A stretch of 64,000 nt of DNA, from positions 160,001-224,000 of the forward strand of contig JAWVXD010000005.1 of the NCBI GenBank assembly GCA_033723415.1, given 5' to 3'. The stretch is from Sulfurospirillaceae bacterium. Its GTDB lineage: Bacteria > Campylobacterota > Campylobacteria > Campylobacterales > Sulfurospirillaceae. The notes beneath the pieces are model-generated. The model had not been told where the DNA came from. It saw only the letters and a list, made by a program, of their open reading frames with translations, and made no database searches. The translations under genes and the position numbers were made by a program. Shown here in pieces: positions 1-11,494 of this stretch; position 1 is the first letter of the stretch, and each line of letters starts with the position of its first letter.

Positions 1-570
1 TTCTGGATAAGCGGCATGTCCTTGCTTTCCGAATAGCTCTATAACTCCATTGATAGAGCCTCTTCTTCCGATTTTCAGACTATCGCCGAACATTTCTTCA
101 CAAGTAGGCTCTGCTACGATTGCAAAATCAGGCAGAAACTTTTTTTCTTTTAAATACTTAAGTACTTCAAGTGTTCCATACTTTCCTTCACCTTCTTCAT
201 CGCTTGTTAAAAGAACTGACAACGTTCCGTTAAATTTTTTCGCTTCTTTACAAGATTGAACAAAAGCAGCAACGCCGCTTTTCATGTCCTGTGCTCCTCT
301 TGCATATACAAAACCGTCTTTGATCACTGCAGAAAACGGATCGCTGTCCCATCCCTCTCCAGGGGGGACTACGTCTACATGACCTGCAAAACACAAATGT
401 TCTCCATCACCAAATTTTTTGTGTAAGAAAAGGTTTTTAACTCCGTTTTTATCGATTCTTACTGCTTCAAAATCGCTTAAATATTCTTCTATGAAATCAA
501 GGGCCCCATCATCATGCGGCGTTATTGACCTGCAGTTTAATAGCTTTATAAATAATTCTTGTAATGTCAT
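1..570 (-). CDS. dapE: Succinyl-diaminopimelate desuccinylase (5' part, runs off window start)
   Basis: Translated by hand from ATG at 570: [11 protein letters not shown]...[11 protein letters not shown]...[11 protein letters not shown]...TSDEEG...AEPT...IGRRGS...QGHAAYPE. These are M20/DapE motifs. Not in the ORF track because it is truncated. Confidence 0.93.
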   Translation of the reverse strand, partial: MTLQELFIKLLNCRSITPHDDGALDFIEEYLSDFEAVRIDKNGVKNLFLHKKFGDGEHLCFAGHVDVVPPGEGWDSDPFSAVIKDGFVYARGAQDMKSGVAAFVQSCKEAKKFNGTLSVLLTSDEEGEGKYGTLEVLKYLKEKKFLPDFAIVAEPTCEEMFGDSLKIGRRGSINGVIELFGKQGHAAYPE

Positions 571-737
571 GATCTTTTCTTTATCCTCATTTTGATGTCG
601 GTATGCCTAAATATAAACCTTGAAATTCACCAATTTCAAGTTCTAAGAAAATCTAAAAATTTTTTTCATTTTATATATATTTGATTCCTTAGTGCAACTA
701 AGAGCAAAATATTATAATACGTAATATATTAAAATCG

Positions 738-2936
738 TCATAATTTGATCAACGTAGCACCATATCCACCCATCTTAGCAGGGGCATCGCCGTAAGATAT
801 CAAACTTGGATATGTCGATAAAAAGTTTTTGACGGCATATGCCAACTTTCCGGTACCTATACCATGATAGACCAAGACTTCATCAAAACCGCTAATCAAA
901 GCATCTGATAGAAATTTATCTAGCTTTTCTATAGCTTCATCAGCTCTTAACCCATGCAGATCAAGTATGACTCCCCCTCCTGCACCAGGTCTTGTAATAG
1001 TAACCTTACTTGGTTTTGTAGGTTGATTTCCACTTCTTTTTAGACTTACAATCGGCACTCTTAGTGTTATTCCATCGCAATCGATCATGGCTATATCTTT
1101 TTTAATTGATTTTATAACGCCTTTAGAATTTCCATATTTAACCCTGTCTCCAACTTTCAAATCTTCACTCTTTTGTTCTATCTTAATACTTTTTGCAGCT
1201 TTTTTGAACTCATGAGCTTTATTTAAAAATCTATGCCCTTCTTTGATATCTTTTGATTTGATCGCTTCTTTTGCTTCATCTATGGCTTTGTTGAAATTCT
1301 TTTGCATCTGCTGTGTTGATCTCTCAAACTCGACAAGTGAACGTTCTTTTTCATCTTTGAGCGCAGTTTTTAGTTTTTGAACATCTTCAAGTTTTTCATC
1401 CAATTCTTTTGATTGTTCTCTCATCTGTAATTCTAGATCAATATTTTTTTGGATAAGGTCATTTAGTTTTTCTTTGTCTTCTCCGTAAACCTCTCTTGCC
1501 TCTTGTATGATAGAAGGAGGAATTTTATATCTAAGTGCTGTTTCAAACGCATATGATTTCCCTATAGTTCCATTTAAAAATTCATAAGTCGGCTTTTGAT
1601 TTTTTTCATCATAAATAGCTGCCAATAACTGAACTCCCTCATGAGTAGCTAAAAGAGAAGCCAATCTTTTGTGATGCGTGGTAATTACTATCTTGATATC
1701 TTTTGTTATCAAATTTTCGATTATGACTTTAAACAAACTAGCAGCTTCATCTGCATCAGTTCCCAGTTCTATCTCATCAATCCCTACAAGAGTGTTCTTT
1801 TTTGTAAAAAGTTTGCTGAATTCACCCATTCTGCCAGCAAAGGTTGAAATGTCATTTTTTACATTTTGAGGATCATCTAAAATAGCAATTATCTCTTTAA
1901 ATGAACCTATGTGTGAATTATTTGCGTCTATCTTCATAGGAAGTAAATACTTTGCCAAAAATGCAGCACTTAGTATGGATTTTAGAAACATTGTTTTTCC
2001 GCCTGCATTCACACCAGTGATCATAAGAACATGTTTGGAAAAATCTATACTTATCGGTTTTGGATCGTTGAGTGCAGGATGTGAGAATTTTGTCAATTTT
2101 ATATTAGAGTCTTTTTTTGCTAGAACAAAATCTAAATCCTTGCTTTTTGCCAACATAACCCTTGCATAGTATGAGTCAAATTTATCAAATTCACGATTTA
2201 TAAAAGACAAAAATTTTACAAACTTTGAAAAGATAGTAGATATTTTTTTTGCGTATATATAAATCAGCTCTTCTTTTTGATCGATTAAAGAGCTCTCTTT
2301 TGATTTTAAAGTAGAAATAGAATCAGGAAATATATAAAAAAACCCACTGCTGCTTCGTCCTAAAACACTGCCTTTTATAACATGATTAAAACCACCTCGC
2401 ATCAACAGTGCTTCATGATTGTTGATATAATGAACTTGTCTATCGACTAGGTAAAGTGAAAGTTTTGAATTTGACATGATCTTTTTTAGCGTTTGTGCAG
2501 TCTCTTCTTTAATCTTAGATAAAGATGATTCTATAGAAATAAACTTATCGTCAATACTGCTTTTAAGTTCACCTTTATCATTAAAATATTTGCATATTTC
2601 ATGTATCTCATCTGGTATTTCGATCTTCTCCATCCATTCTGCCAAACTATTTTCTGCAAAAATGTTTTTGAGATAGTTAAAATAATTTATTATTTTGACA
2701 AATGAGTATATCTCGTATATTTTCAATACGCCTTGTTTACTCAAATGAGCCAGAGGAATATCTAGATTTTCAACTTCACTTGAGGATTTTATATCACTAA
2801 AACTCATCAACTCTTTTATAAATTTATAATGTATCTTAGAGTCTCCCTCCATAAAGAGGGATTTTTTTCTTGCAAAGTAATAATGCAGCGAATTTGTATA
2901 TTCTTCTAGATCAAGCTTGGAAAGTAGAGTGTTCAT
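738..2936 (-). CDS. mutS2: MutS2 family endonuclease with C-terminal Smr domain
   Basis: Walker A TGVNAGGKT, DEIELGTD, TTHH, C-terminal LDLHG...VYHGIGTG Smr motif. Confidence 0.95.
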   Translation of the reverse strand: MNTLLSKLDLEEYTNSLHYYFARKKSLFMEGDSKIHYKFIKELMSFSDIKSSSEVENLDIPLAHLSKQGVLKIYEIYSFVKIINYFNYLKNIFAENSLAEWMEKIEIPDEIHEICKYFNDKGELKSSIDDKFISIESSLSKIKEETAQTLKKIMSNSKLSLYLVDRQVHYINNHEALLMRGGFNHVIKGSVLGRSSSGFFYIFPDSISTLKSKESSLIDQKEELIYIYAKKISTIFSKFVKFLSFINREFDKFDSYYARVMLAKSKDLDFVLAKKDSNIKLTKFSHPALNDPKPISIDFSKHVLMITGVNAGGKTMFLKSILSAAFLAKYLLPMKIDANNSHIGSFKEIIAILDDPQNVKNDISTFAGRMGEFSKLFTKKNTLVGIDEIELGTDADEAASLFKVIIENLITKDIKIVITTHHKRLASLLATHEGVQLLAAIYDEKNQKPTYEFLNGTIGKSYAFETALRYKIPPSIIQEAREVYGEDKEKLNDLIQKNIDLELQMREQSKELDEKLEDVQKLKTALKDEKERSLVEFERSTQQMQKNFNKAIDEAKEAIKSKDIKEGHRFLNKAHEFKKAAKSIKIEQKSEDLKVGDRVKYGNSKGVIKSIKKDIAMIDCDGITLRVPIVSLKRSGNQPTKPSKVTITRPGAGGGVILDLHGLRADEAIEKLDKFLSDALISGFDEVLVYHGIGTGKLAYAVKNFLSTYPSLISYGDAPAKMGGYGATLIKL

Positions 2937-3277
2937 TTTATCTTTTTACATGTAGATATATCTAGAACTACGCCCCTTAGACTTTTAACATCACTTTTTG
3001 CAACAAAAGAAAGCGTTCCGCTAACAAATATAAAATTCTTAGAATTCACCTTATATCCACTGCACTCTATATCATTCCCTTGTTCAAATATATTGATAAG
3101 TTCTCTGTTGCGTGACGCACTTTCATTGCTATAAAAATTAAAAGCCCACCCTAAAGCGATCAATACTGCAAAAGATATAGAAATGTAAATTTTAGCATTT
3201 GTTGAAAAAGTATCTTTTTTAGCTACAAATATAATCAAAACAGCCAAAATAAGAAGTAGGAAAAGAACTATTTGCAC
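2933..3277 (-). CDS. Small membrane protein, hypothetical (2 TM)
   Basis: Two hydrophobic segments; GTG start with AGGA SD; stop overlaps the mutS2 start. Confidence 0.75.
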   Translation of the reverse strand: MQIVLFLLLILAVLIIFVAKKDTFSTNAKIYISISFAVLIALGWAFNFYSNESASRNRELINIFEQGNDIECSGYKVNSKNFIFVSGTLSFVAKSDVKSLRGVVLDISTCKKIK

Positions 3278-3290
3278 AATATACTTCCTT

Positions 3291-4601
3291 TCATGATATG
3301 CCTCTTAATTGATATGTGATATCTCCTGCGCCAAATCCTATAACTAATCCACTATTTAACTTATCAATTGTTTCATTGTTGTCTATTAACTCCAATGAAT
3401 TTACATTCTTTTTTAAAGACTGTACAAAAGTCGGATTGTACTTGCTAAACTCTTTTTCAAAATTTATATCTATAAATGCTTCTCCTACACTCCACACAGG
3501 AAGTATGACCAGCCTGTCTGCTTCTTCAAAACAGTTGACAAAATTTTGTAGATTATCATATGTTCTTGAATATTTATGCGGTTGCCAGATAGCTGTCACG
3601 GTTTTTAGACCCATCATCTTTGCATATTTTCTTGCAGAATTCATCGTTGCCTTGATCTCTGTAGGATGATGACCATAGTCATCGATCAAAGTGAAATCAT
3701 TTAATTTTTCTATAATGTCAAATCTCTTTTTTATACCTCTGTAGTTTTTTATCATTGTTCTAGCAGTCTCAAGATCTACCTCATTGAGACTTGCAAGAAT
3801 TGCCAATGAAGCATCCACTACGATATGATTTCCCATACCCCAGACTTCAAATCTACCTAGATCTTTCAGGATGAATGATGTAAAAGGTTCCGCATCTCTT
3901 ATCACGGTTTTGATCTCTTTGATATCACTGCTTGGATATAATCTTATCGCTTCTAAGTCCGTAAGAGTTGAAAGAAACTCATCTTCCGCATTGATCACTC
4001 GAATAGTCGCACTTTTCAAAAACTGCTCATATGCCCTGTGAAATCTTTGAATATCATAATTGTAATGTTCCATATGTTCAGGTTCTGCATTTGTTACAAC
4101 CGCTATGTATGGGTTTGAGTTCAAAAAGCTTTCGTCACTCTCATCTGCTTCAAATATTATATTGTTTCCGGCTCTATAAAACATGTTGGTGTCAAATTGT
4201 TTGCTTTCCGCCCCTATTATAACGGTTCCTTCTACTAAAGAAGCCAACATAGCGCTTGTAGTACTTTTCCCATGAGCTCCACAAACCGAAAATACCCTTC
4301 GATCTTTTAAAAACAAAGGTAGCGCATCTTTTCTTGAGAGTGTCATGATACCTTGTTGTCGTGATTTTATGAGCTCCACATTGTCATCTTTAATAACAGC
4401 AGAATAAACGACTAGATCTTGATTATTTATATTTTCACTATCATGAGGTACACTTACTTTGATGCCTTCTGTTTCTAATTTTGCAGTTATCTTTGTTCGT
4501 TTCACATCAGAACCGCTAACTTCAAAGCCTTCTTTTTTTAGATAACGCGCAAGTGCCGATAATCCGATACCGCCGATTCCCACAAAATGGATATATTTCA
4601 T
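3291..4601 (-). CDS. murC: UDP-N-acetylmuramate--L-alanine ligase
   Basis: HFVGIGGIGLS, GAHGKSTT, EADESD, DDYGHHPTE motifs. Confidence 0.97.
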   Translation of the reverse strand: MKYIHFVGIGGIGLSALARYLKKEGFEVSGSDVKRTKITAKLETEGIKVSVPHDSENINNQDLVVYSAVIKDDNVELIKSRQQGIMTLSRKDALPLFLKDRRVFSVCGAHGKSTTSAMLASLVEGTVIIGAESKQFDTNMFYRAGNNIIFEADESDESFLNSNPYIAVVTNAEPEHMEHYNYDIQRFHRAYEQFLKSATIRVINAEDEFLSTLTDLEAIRLYPSSDIKEIKTVIRDAEPFTSFILKDLGRFEVWGMGNHIVVDASLAILASLNEVDLETARTMIKNYRGIKKRFDIIEKLNDFTLIDDYGHHPTEIKATMNSARKYAKMMGLKTVTAIWQPHKYSRTYDNLQNFVNCFEEADRLVILPVWSVGEAFIDINFEKEFSKYNPTFVQSLKKNVNSLELIDNNETIDKLNSGLVIGFGAGDITYQLRGIS

Positions 4602-5734
4602 ATTTGTTTCCTATTTTTCATGAAATCTCTGATCCGCATCAAAGCTTCTTTTGTCTTTTCAGCTTCTTCTACGAGTGCTATCCTTACATAAGCATCTCCC
4701 ATTCCACCACGTCCTAGATAACTTCCAGGAAGTACTTTTACATTTTGCTCAGCATATAGACCTTTGGTAAATTCCAGATCATCATCTACTTTCAACCAAA
4801 TATAAAATGTAGCTTTTGGAATTTTTATCCCTAATATCTCGTTTGCTAATGCAAAGTTCTTTCTATATTTTTCTCTATTCTTCTCAACATGTTCTTCATC
4901 ACTCCAAGCTACAGATGCTGCGACTTGCAGAGGCAGTGGACTTGCCGTACCTAGGTAAGTCCTGTATTTTGCATATTGGCTCAAGATAGATTCATCTCCC
5001 GCAATAAAACCTGACCTCAGCCCTGGAGCACTGCTTCTCTTAGATATGGAATTAATAACAACAACATTTTTAAAGTTACTATTGCCTACATGTAAGCTGG
5101 CTTCTAAAAGAGAAACAGGGGGTTCATTGACATATATTTCGCTATAACATTCGTCATTCATCAATACAAAATCATATTCCAAAGCTTTTTTTACCCACCA
5201 GCCAAGCTCTTCTTTCCCCAAGCATGCAGTAGTAGGATTATTTGGAAAATTCAGTATCACAAGATCCAGACTCTTCAGCGTCCGCTCATCAATTTTAGCT
5301 AAAAATCCATCTTTTTCTTCCAAGTTGATATGCACTTGTTTTGCACGTGAAGCTATGGCTGCCCCTTCATATATCTGATAAAAAGGATTTGTGAATGCCA
5401 TCGTCGGATTTGGACTATCAAAAAGCAAAAACTGTGGAAAATTAAATAACACTTCTCTTGTCCCAAAGGTAGGTATAAGTTCCTCAGGTTTCAATTTTAC
5501 GTTAAATCTCTTTTCAAAAAATCCTAGCTGAGCCTCTTTTAAATAATCTTCACCTGCATTTTTTGGATATTTTTTTAATAAATTTGCACTATTTCTAAGA
5601 GCCTCTTGGATAAACATCGGAGTTTCAAACTGTGGTTCGCCTATGGTCAAAACAACTGGTTCTTTTTCTTGTCTTGGAGTTATATCTTTTAACAACTCTG
5701 TTAATTTTTCAAATGGATATGGTTCAAATCTCAA
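4598..5734 (-). CDS. dapC: Succinyldiaminopimelate transaminase (PLP class I/II)
   Basis: PYPFEKL N-terminus, IGEP, NNPT, DECYSE, SISKRSSAPGLRSG. Confidence 0.88.
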   Translation of the reverse strand: MRFEPYPFEKLTELLKDITPRQEKEPVVLTIGEPQFETPMFIQEALRNSANLLKKYPKNAGEDYLKEAQLGFFEKRFNVKLKPEELIPTFGTREVLFNFPQFLLFDSPNPTMAFTNPFYQIYEGAAIASRAKQVHINLEEKDGFLAKIDERTLKSLDLVILNFPNNPTTACLGKEELGWWVKKALEYDFVLMNDECYSEIYVNEPPVSLLEASLHVGNSNFKNVVVINSISKRSSAPGLRSGFIAGDESILSQYAKYRTYLGTASPLPLQVAASVAWSDEEHVEKNREKYRKNFALANEILGIKIPKATFYIWLKVDDDLEFTKGLYAEQNVKVLPGSYLGRGGMGDAYVRIALVEEAEKTKEALMRIRDFMKNRKQI

Positions 5735-6409
5735 TCATTTCTCCTTGAGAGGCATTTTTAATTTTTGTATCATCAACTCGCCTTCTTGATCAATATATAA
5801 ATAGTACAATAAATCTTTTTTTACACTTAGTCCGGCTAAGTATCTAAGTGCTAAATTGGCTTGAAGAGAGGCTATGTTCATCACTATAGGAGCGGCAATT
5901 CCCGCGGGTTCTTTTTTAAATACTTTAAATGATTTGAAATCACTTTTATCAAAAAAACAGACCTGTCCGTTAAACTCTTCAACAGCACCGTACAACCATG
6001 GCGTAGCAGTTTTTTTTGCAAATTCATCAATATCAGCTCTTGCAAAAAGATTGTCTGTCGCATCTATGATCAAGTCAACTTTTATATTCTTTTTTGCAAA
6101 TTCTTCAAATCTCTCAACATGCACATACGTTTTAACAAAAGGACATCGCTCTTCTAACAACTTGCCTACGATTTGTGCTTTATATTTCCCGTCATCTCCT
6201 GTTTTAAAAGCAATTTGGCGATGGATATTGTGTACACTTACCGTATCGAAATCAACTAAATGTATATGTCCTATCCCTGTACTTCCAAGACCTATGGCTA
6301 AAGAGCTTCCAAGCCCTCCGCTTCCTATTATAGCTATGGTTTTATCTTGCAAATTTGTTTGGGCTTCTTCTCCCCAAAGTTTTAATTGTCTATGAAAATA
6401 TTCCATCAT
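5735..6409 (-). CDS. ThiF/MoeB/HesA family adenylyltransferase
   Basis: RQ..LWG, GSGGLG, DFD.V...NIHRQ, DATDN motifs; no C-terminal CxxC pairs. Confidence 0.88.
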   Translation of the reverse strand: MMEYFHRQLKLWGEEAQTNLQDKTIAIIGSGGLGSSLAIGLGSTGIGHIHLVDFDTVSVHNIHRQIAFKTGDDGKYKAQIVGKLLEERCPFVKTYVHVERFEEFAKKNIKVDLIIDATDNLFARADIDEFAKKTATPWLYGAVEEFNGQVCFFDKSDFKSFKVFKKEPAGIAAPIVMNIASLQANLALRYLAGLSVKKDLLYYLYIDQEGELMIQKLKMPLKEK

Positions 6410-7200
6410 ATGAGATCCTTTTTATCCAGCATCTTCTTCCATCCCCATATTTTTCTTGCTTCTTGGACTTCACTTTTACTTATTTCACATAACAGTATCT
6501 CTTCTTTATGTCCAAGTGATACTTCGACTTCTCCGTTTGGATTTACCAACGAACTGTGTCCGTAAAACTTCCAAGAAAGTTTTGAGTCTATATAGTTCCC
6601 GACTCTATTTGCTCTTAAAATATACATTGAATTTAAAAATGCTCTTGTTTTGATCAAGTCTTGCCATCTAGCTGCCGAATCAAAAGTAGAAGATGAAGGC
6701 ATCAATACCACATCAACATTTTTGCGCATAGCATCCATCCAAACAGTGTCAAAGTGTGCTTCAAATCCACTTATGATACCAAATCTTATTTTGTTTAACA
6801 AAAAGACAGGTATTGCATAAGAGCTTGATTCATTGTCAAAAAAACTCTCTTCATTCCAATGCTTATAATTTATAAGAAGCTGTTGGGCATAATAATGCAC
6901 GCTTGATGAAGAAAATCTTGCAACAGATTTAAATAATTTTCCACTTTTTACCTGTACGATAGGAGCAACAATATCTAAATTATATTTTTTTGAAAGCTCT
7001 TTTAAAACTTTTATTTTATGCTGAGACTGCTCTTTTATCATGAGATGTGGCATGTGTTCAAGTTCTTTGAAAAAACTATTGAGCGCATACTCGCAAAGTA
7101 AAACTAACTCTACGCCTTTTTGCTCACATATCCTAAAATAATAATCTAACTTGGAATGGCTCATAGGAAGAGTTGAGAGTTGCAGTGCGGCTAGTTTCAT
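6406..7200 (-). CDS. Carbon-nitrogen hydrolase (nitrilase-fold) family protein
   Basis: AALQ, LLCEY, TRAFLN, ANRVG, FYGHS...PNG fold motifs. Confidence 0.85.
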   Translation of the reverse strand: MKLAALQLSTLPMSHSKLDYYFRICEQKGVELVLLCEYALNSFFKELEHMPHLMIKEQSQHKIKVLKELSKKYNLDIVAPIVQVKSGKLFKSVARFSSSSVHYYAQQLLINYKHWNEESFFDNESSSYAIPVFLLNKIRFGIISGFEAHFDTVWMDAMRKNVDVVLMPSSSTFDSAARWQDLIKTRAFLNSMYILRANRVGNYIDSKLSWKFYGHSSLVNPNGEVEVSLGHKEEILLCEISKSEVQEARKIWGWKKMLDKKDLI

Positions 7201-7416
7201 TTAATTCTCTTGTCCAAATTGAAGCTGTTCATATTCTAGTTTTGCATCTTCTATGATCTTTGTTGCTTCATTTAAAATCGTAATACCTTTTTTATATTCA
7301 AGCATAGCATCTTTTAATGGAATTTGAGGATCACTTAATCTCTCTAAAATCTCTTTTGCATTTTTCAACTTACCTTCAAAATCTTCTGTTTCTTCAACCT
7401 TATTGTCTTTAACCAT
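7201..7416 (-). CDS. xseB: Exodeoxyribonuclease VII small subunit
   Basis: FE.KL...KEILERL....IPL.DAM.EYKKG pattern, 71 aa. Confidence 0.85.
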   Translation of the reverse strand: MVKDNKVEETEDFEGKLKNAKEILERLSDPQIPLKDAMLEYKKGITILNEATKIIEDAKLEYEQLQFGQEN

Positions 7417-8512
7417 TTAGTGCTTTCCTTATATAAAAATCAAATTTATCATATTCTACCAAAAATGCATCATGACCGTAACTGCTGTCAACACAAAAAT
7501 AATCTACTTTGTCTCCTCTTCCCATATCTATAAGGGTATTTTGGATCGTTTTCATCTCTTGTGGCATAAATAGCAGATCACCGTTAAAAGCAATCAGTGT
7601 CATCTTGGCTTTTATATGCTCCAATGAAGCCTTTAATGAATCATAATTTCTAGCTGCATCAAAGATATTCATCGCTTTTACTATATATATATAACTTAGT
7701 GGATCAAACCTCTTTGCAAAATTGTAAGCATTGTATTCTAGATATCTCTCTACTTGAAAACGACCGAAAAGCTCATATAATCCATCTGTCTCAACATAAT
7801 TTCTACCGAATTTCTTCTCCATAGAATAAGGGCTCAAAAAGCTGATATGCCCTGCCATTCTTCCTATTGCAAAGCTATTCAAAGGAAATTCCGTAAATTC
7901 TCCATCTTCATAATTGCCATTTTTAAATCTAGGGTCGTTTATGATGCCTTCAATTGCTATTTTATTGAATGAGATAGCCCATGCAGAAGTTGCATAAGTT
8001 GAGGCTAAGACAATGACTCTATCTGTAAATTGAGGATATTCAACACCTACGCAAAGAGCCTGCATACCGCCGAGTGAACCGCCTATGACAGCATATGCCT
8101 TTTCAATACCTAATTTTTTGAAAAGTGACATCTGCGCACTTACCATATCGCTGATCGTTATGACAGGGAAGTTCAACTTGTAAGGTAAACCTGTCTTTTT
8201 ATCTTTGGAAGCCGGTCCGCTTGAACCAAAACAACTTCCCAGAATATTAACACAAATTACAAAATATTTTTTGGTATCTATGACTTTATCATCACCGATA
8301 AGAGGGTCCCACCAACCCGGCTTCGAATCTCCCTCATATCTACCTGCAGCGTGATGGCTGCCTGTGAGTGCATGAAAAACAACTATAGCATTTGATTTAT
8401 CTTGATTCAGCTTTCCATATGTTTCATAAGTCAGATCATATTCCTCTAAAATACGGCCGCTTTCAAGATAAAGTTGTTTATCAAAATGCTCGGTAGCTGT
8501 TATGATTTCCAA
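7409..8512 (-). CDS. metX: Homoserine O-acetyltransferase
   Basis: HALTG, GWWD, GGSLGGMQA nucleophile elbow, GHDAFL. Confidence 0.95.
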   Translation of the reverse strand: MEIITATEHFDKQLYLESGRILEEYDLTYETYGKLNQDKSNAIVVFHALTGSHHAAGRYEGDSKPGWWDPLIGDDKVIDTKKYFVICVNILGSCFGSSGPASKDKKTGLPYKLNFPVITISDMVSAQMSLFKKLGIEKAYAVIGGSLGGMQALCVGVEYPQFTDRVIVLASTYATSAWAISFNKIAIEGIINDPRFKNGNYEDGEFTEFPLNSFAIGRMAGHISFLSPYSMEKKFGRNYVETDGLYELFGRFQVERYLEYNAYNFAKRFDPLSYIYIVKAMNIFDAARNYDSLKASLEHIKAKMTLIAFNGDLLFMPQEMKTIQNTLIDMGRGDKVDYFCVDSSYGHDAFLVEYDKFDFYIRKALNG

Positions 8513-8526
8513 TAAATCAATCTCCC

Positions 8527-9975
<1,449 letters not shown>

Positions 9976-10014
9976 TTATATTCTCCTTTAATTCGAGCAT
10001 AAGCTCTAAACATG

Positions 10015-11373
10015 CTAGAGAGACAATTCTCTCTCTAAACTTAATGCACCATCAAATAGTTCCTGCTCTCCATATGCTCTGGCTATGAGCTGTCCACCGA
10101 TAGGTAAACCAATATCATTTTTGCCAAGAGGCACAGATATCCCAGGCAAGCCTGCTAAATTTAATGAGATGGTATACACATCACTCAAATACATTTCCAA
10201 AGGATCTTTTTTACTACCAAATTCAAAAGCAGCAGTAGGTGCAACAGGAGTAAAAATCAAATCCGCATCTTTAAAAATCTCTTCATACTGGTGCTTGATA
10301 AAATGTCGTGCTTTTTGAGCTTTTATATAATACGCATCATAGTATCCACTACTCAAAACAAACGTTCCAAGTAAAATTCTTCTTTTTACTTCTTCCCCAA
10401 ATCCCTTACTTCTACTCTCTAAATACATATCCTTAAGACTGTGATTTGATTGTCTATTACCGTATCTTACACCATCAAATCGACTCAAGTTTGCACTTGC
10501 TTCTGCCGTTGCTATGACATAATAAGTAGCTATATCGAATTTAGAATTTATAAAATTTTTATATATTATTTTATGTCCTGCCTTCTCTAATGCTTTAATG
10601 CCCTCTTTCATCTTATCTTGCACTTCAGGACTTGCCTCGTTTAGATAGTTTTCGATCACGGCTATGGTCATTTTTCTATCAGGATTTAATTTATCACTTA
10701 CTTTTATGTGCTCTATGTTTGCACTGGTTGAGTCATGTTCATCATGACCTGCTATGATATCATATAGAATTGCCGCATCTTCAACATTTTGAGTTATCGG
10801 TCCTATTTGATCTAGAGAACTTGAGTAGGCAGCCAATCCATAACGACTGACTTTTCCATAAGTAGATTTCATACCGACACAACCACAAAATGATGCAGGT
10901 TGACGGATACTTCCTCCAGTATCACTTCCAAGCGCTGCGATAGCAAGACCGCCTGCAACTGCAGCAGCACTTCCACCGCTACTGCCTCCTGGAACACGGC
11001 TTAGATCATGAGGGTTCTTTGTAACGCCGTAAAATGAGCTCTCGGTAGAACTACCCATAGCAAATTCATCCATATTAGTTCTGCCGAAAGGAGATAGTCC
11101 GTTATCTAGCATTTTATTGATAACCGTTGCATTATATGGTGCTATATAGCCTTGTAAAATATTTGATCCAGATGTTACTTCCCAGCCGTTTACTTGAATA
11201 TTGTCTTTTATAGCTATTGGAATTCCATCCATATATTCTGATAATTCCCGGTTCGTAAGTTGCTCTACATACGCACCTATATCTTGACTACTTTCTATTT
11301 CTAAGCGCAACTCTCTTCTGATATCAGCTATCTCTTCTTTTGGAAGTTTTAGTGCTTCTTTTAAAGTTATCAA
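10015..11373 (-). CDS. gatA: Asp/Glu-tRNA amidotransferase subunit A
   Basis: Amidase signature NMDEFAMGSS, PGGSSGGSA, GSDTGGSIRQP, RFDGVRYG. Confidence 0.97.
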   Translation of the reverse strand: MITLKEALKLPKEEIADIRRELRLEIESSQDIGAYVEQLTNRELSEYMDGIPIAIKDNIQVNGWEVTSGSNILQGYIAPYNATVINKMLDNGLSPFGRTNMDEFAMGSSTESSFYGVTKNPHDLSRVPGGSSGGSAAAVAGGLAIAALGSDTGGSIRQPASFCGCVGMKSTYGKVSRYGLAAYSSSLDQIGPITQNVEDAAILYDIIAGHDEHDSTSANIEHIKVSDKLNPDRKMTIAVIENYLNEASPEVQDKMKEGIKALEKAGHKIIYKNFINSKFDIATYYVIATAEASANLSRFDGVRYGNRQSNHSLKDMYLESRSKGFGEEVKRRILLGTFVLSSGYYDAYYIKAQKARHFIKHQYEEIFKDADLIFTPVAPTAAFEFGSKKDPLEMYLSDVYTISLNLAGLPGISVPLGKNDIGLPIGGQLIARAYGEQELFDGALSLERELSL

Positions 11374-11383
11374 CTTATTTCTC

Positions 11384-11494
11384 CTAAAATTTTCTATTTT
11401 TTACTAAAAATATACTTATCGCGATTATAACAAATATAACTCCGATAGTTCCAAAGATCATACTAAGATGAGTATGCTGTGACATATCAAACAT
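11384..11494 (-). CDS. 36-aa single-pass membrane protein (below the ORF-track cutoff)
   Basis: [36 protein letters not shown]. It fills the ileS-gatA gap exactly, its start overlaps the ileS stop and its stop abuts the gatA SD. Confidence 0.75.
   Translation of the reverse strand: MFDMSQHTHLSMIFGTIGVIFVIIAISIFLVKNRKF

Noticed and set aside
571..737. Possible small ORF or leader peptide upstream of dapE
   Set aside because: The ATG at 669 gives only 8 codons with no convincing SD or attenuator structure.
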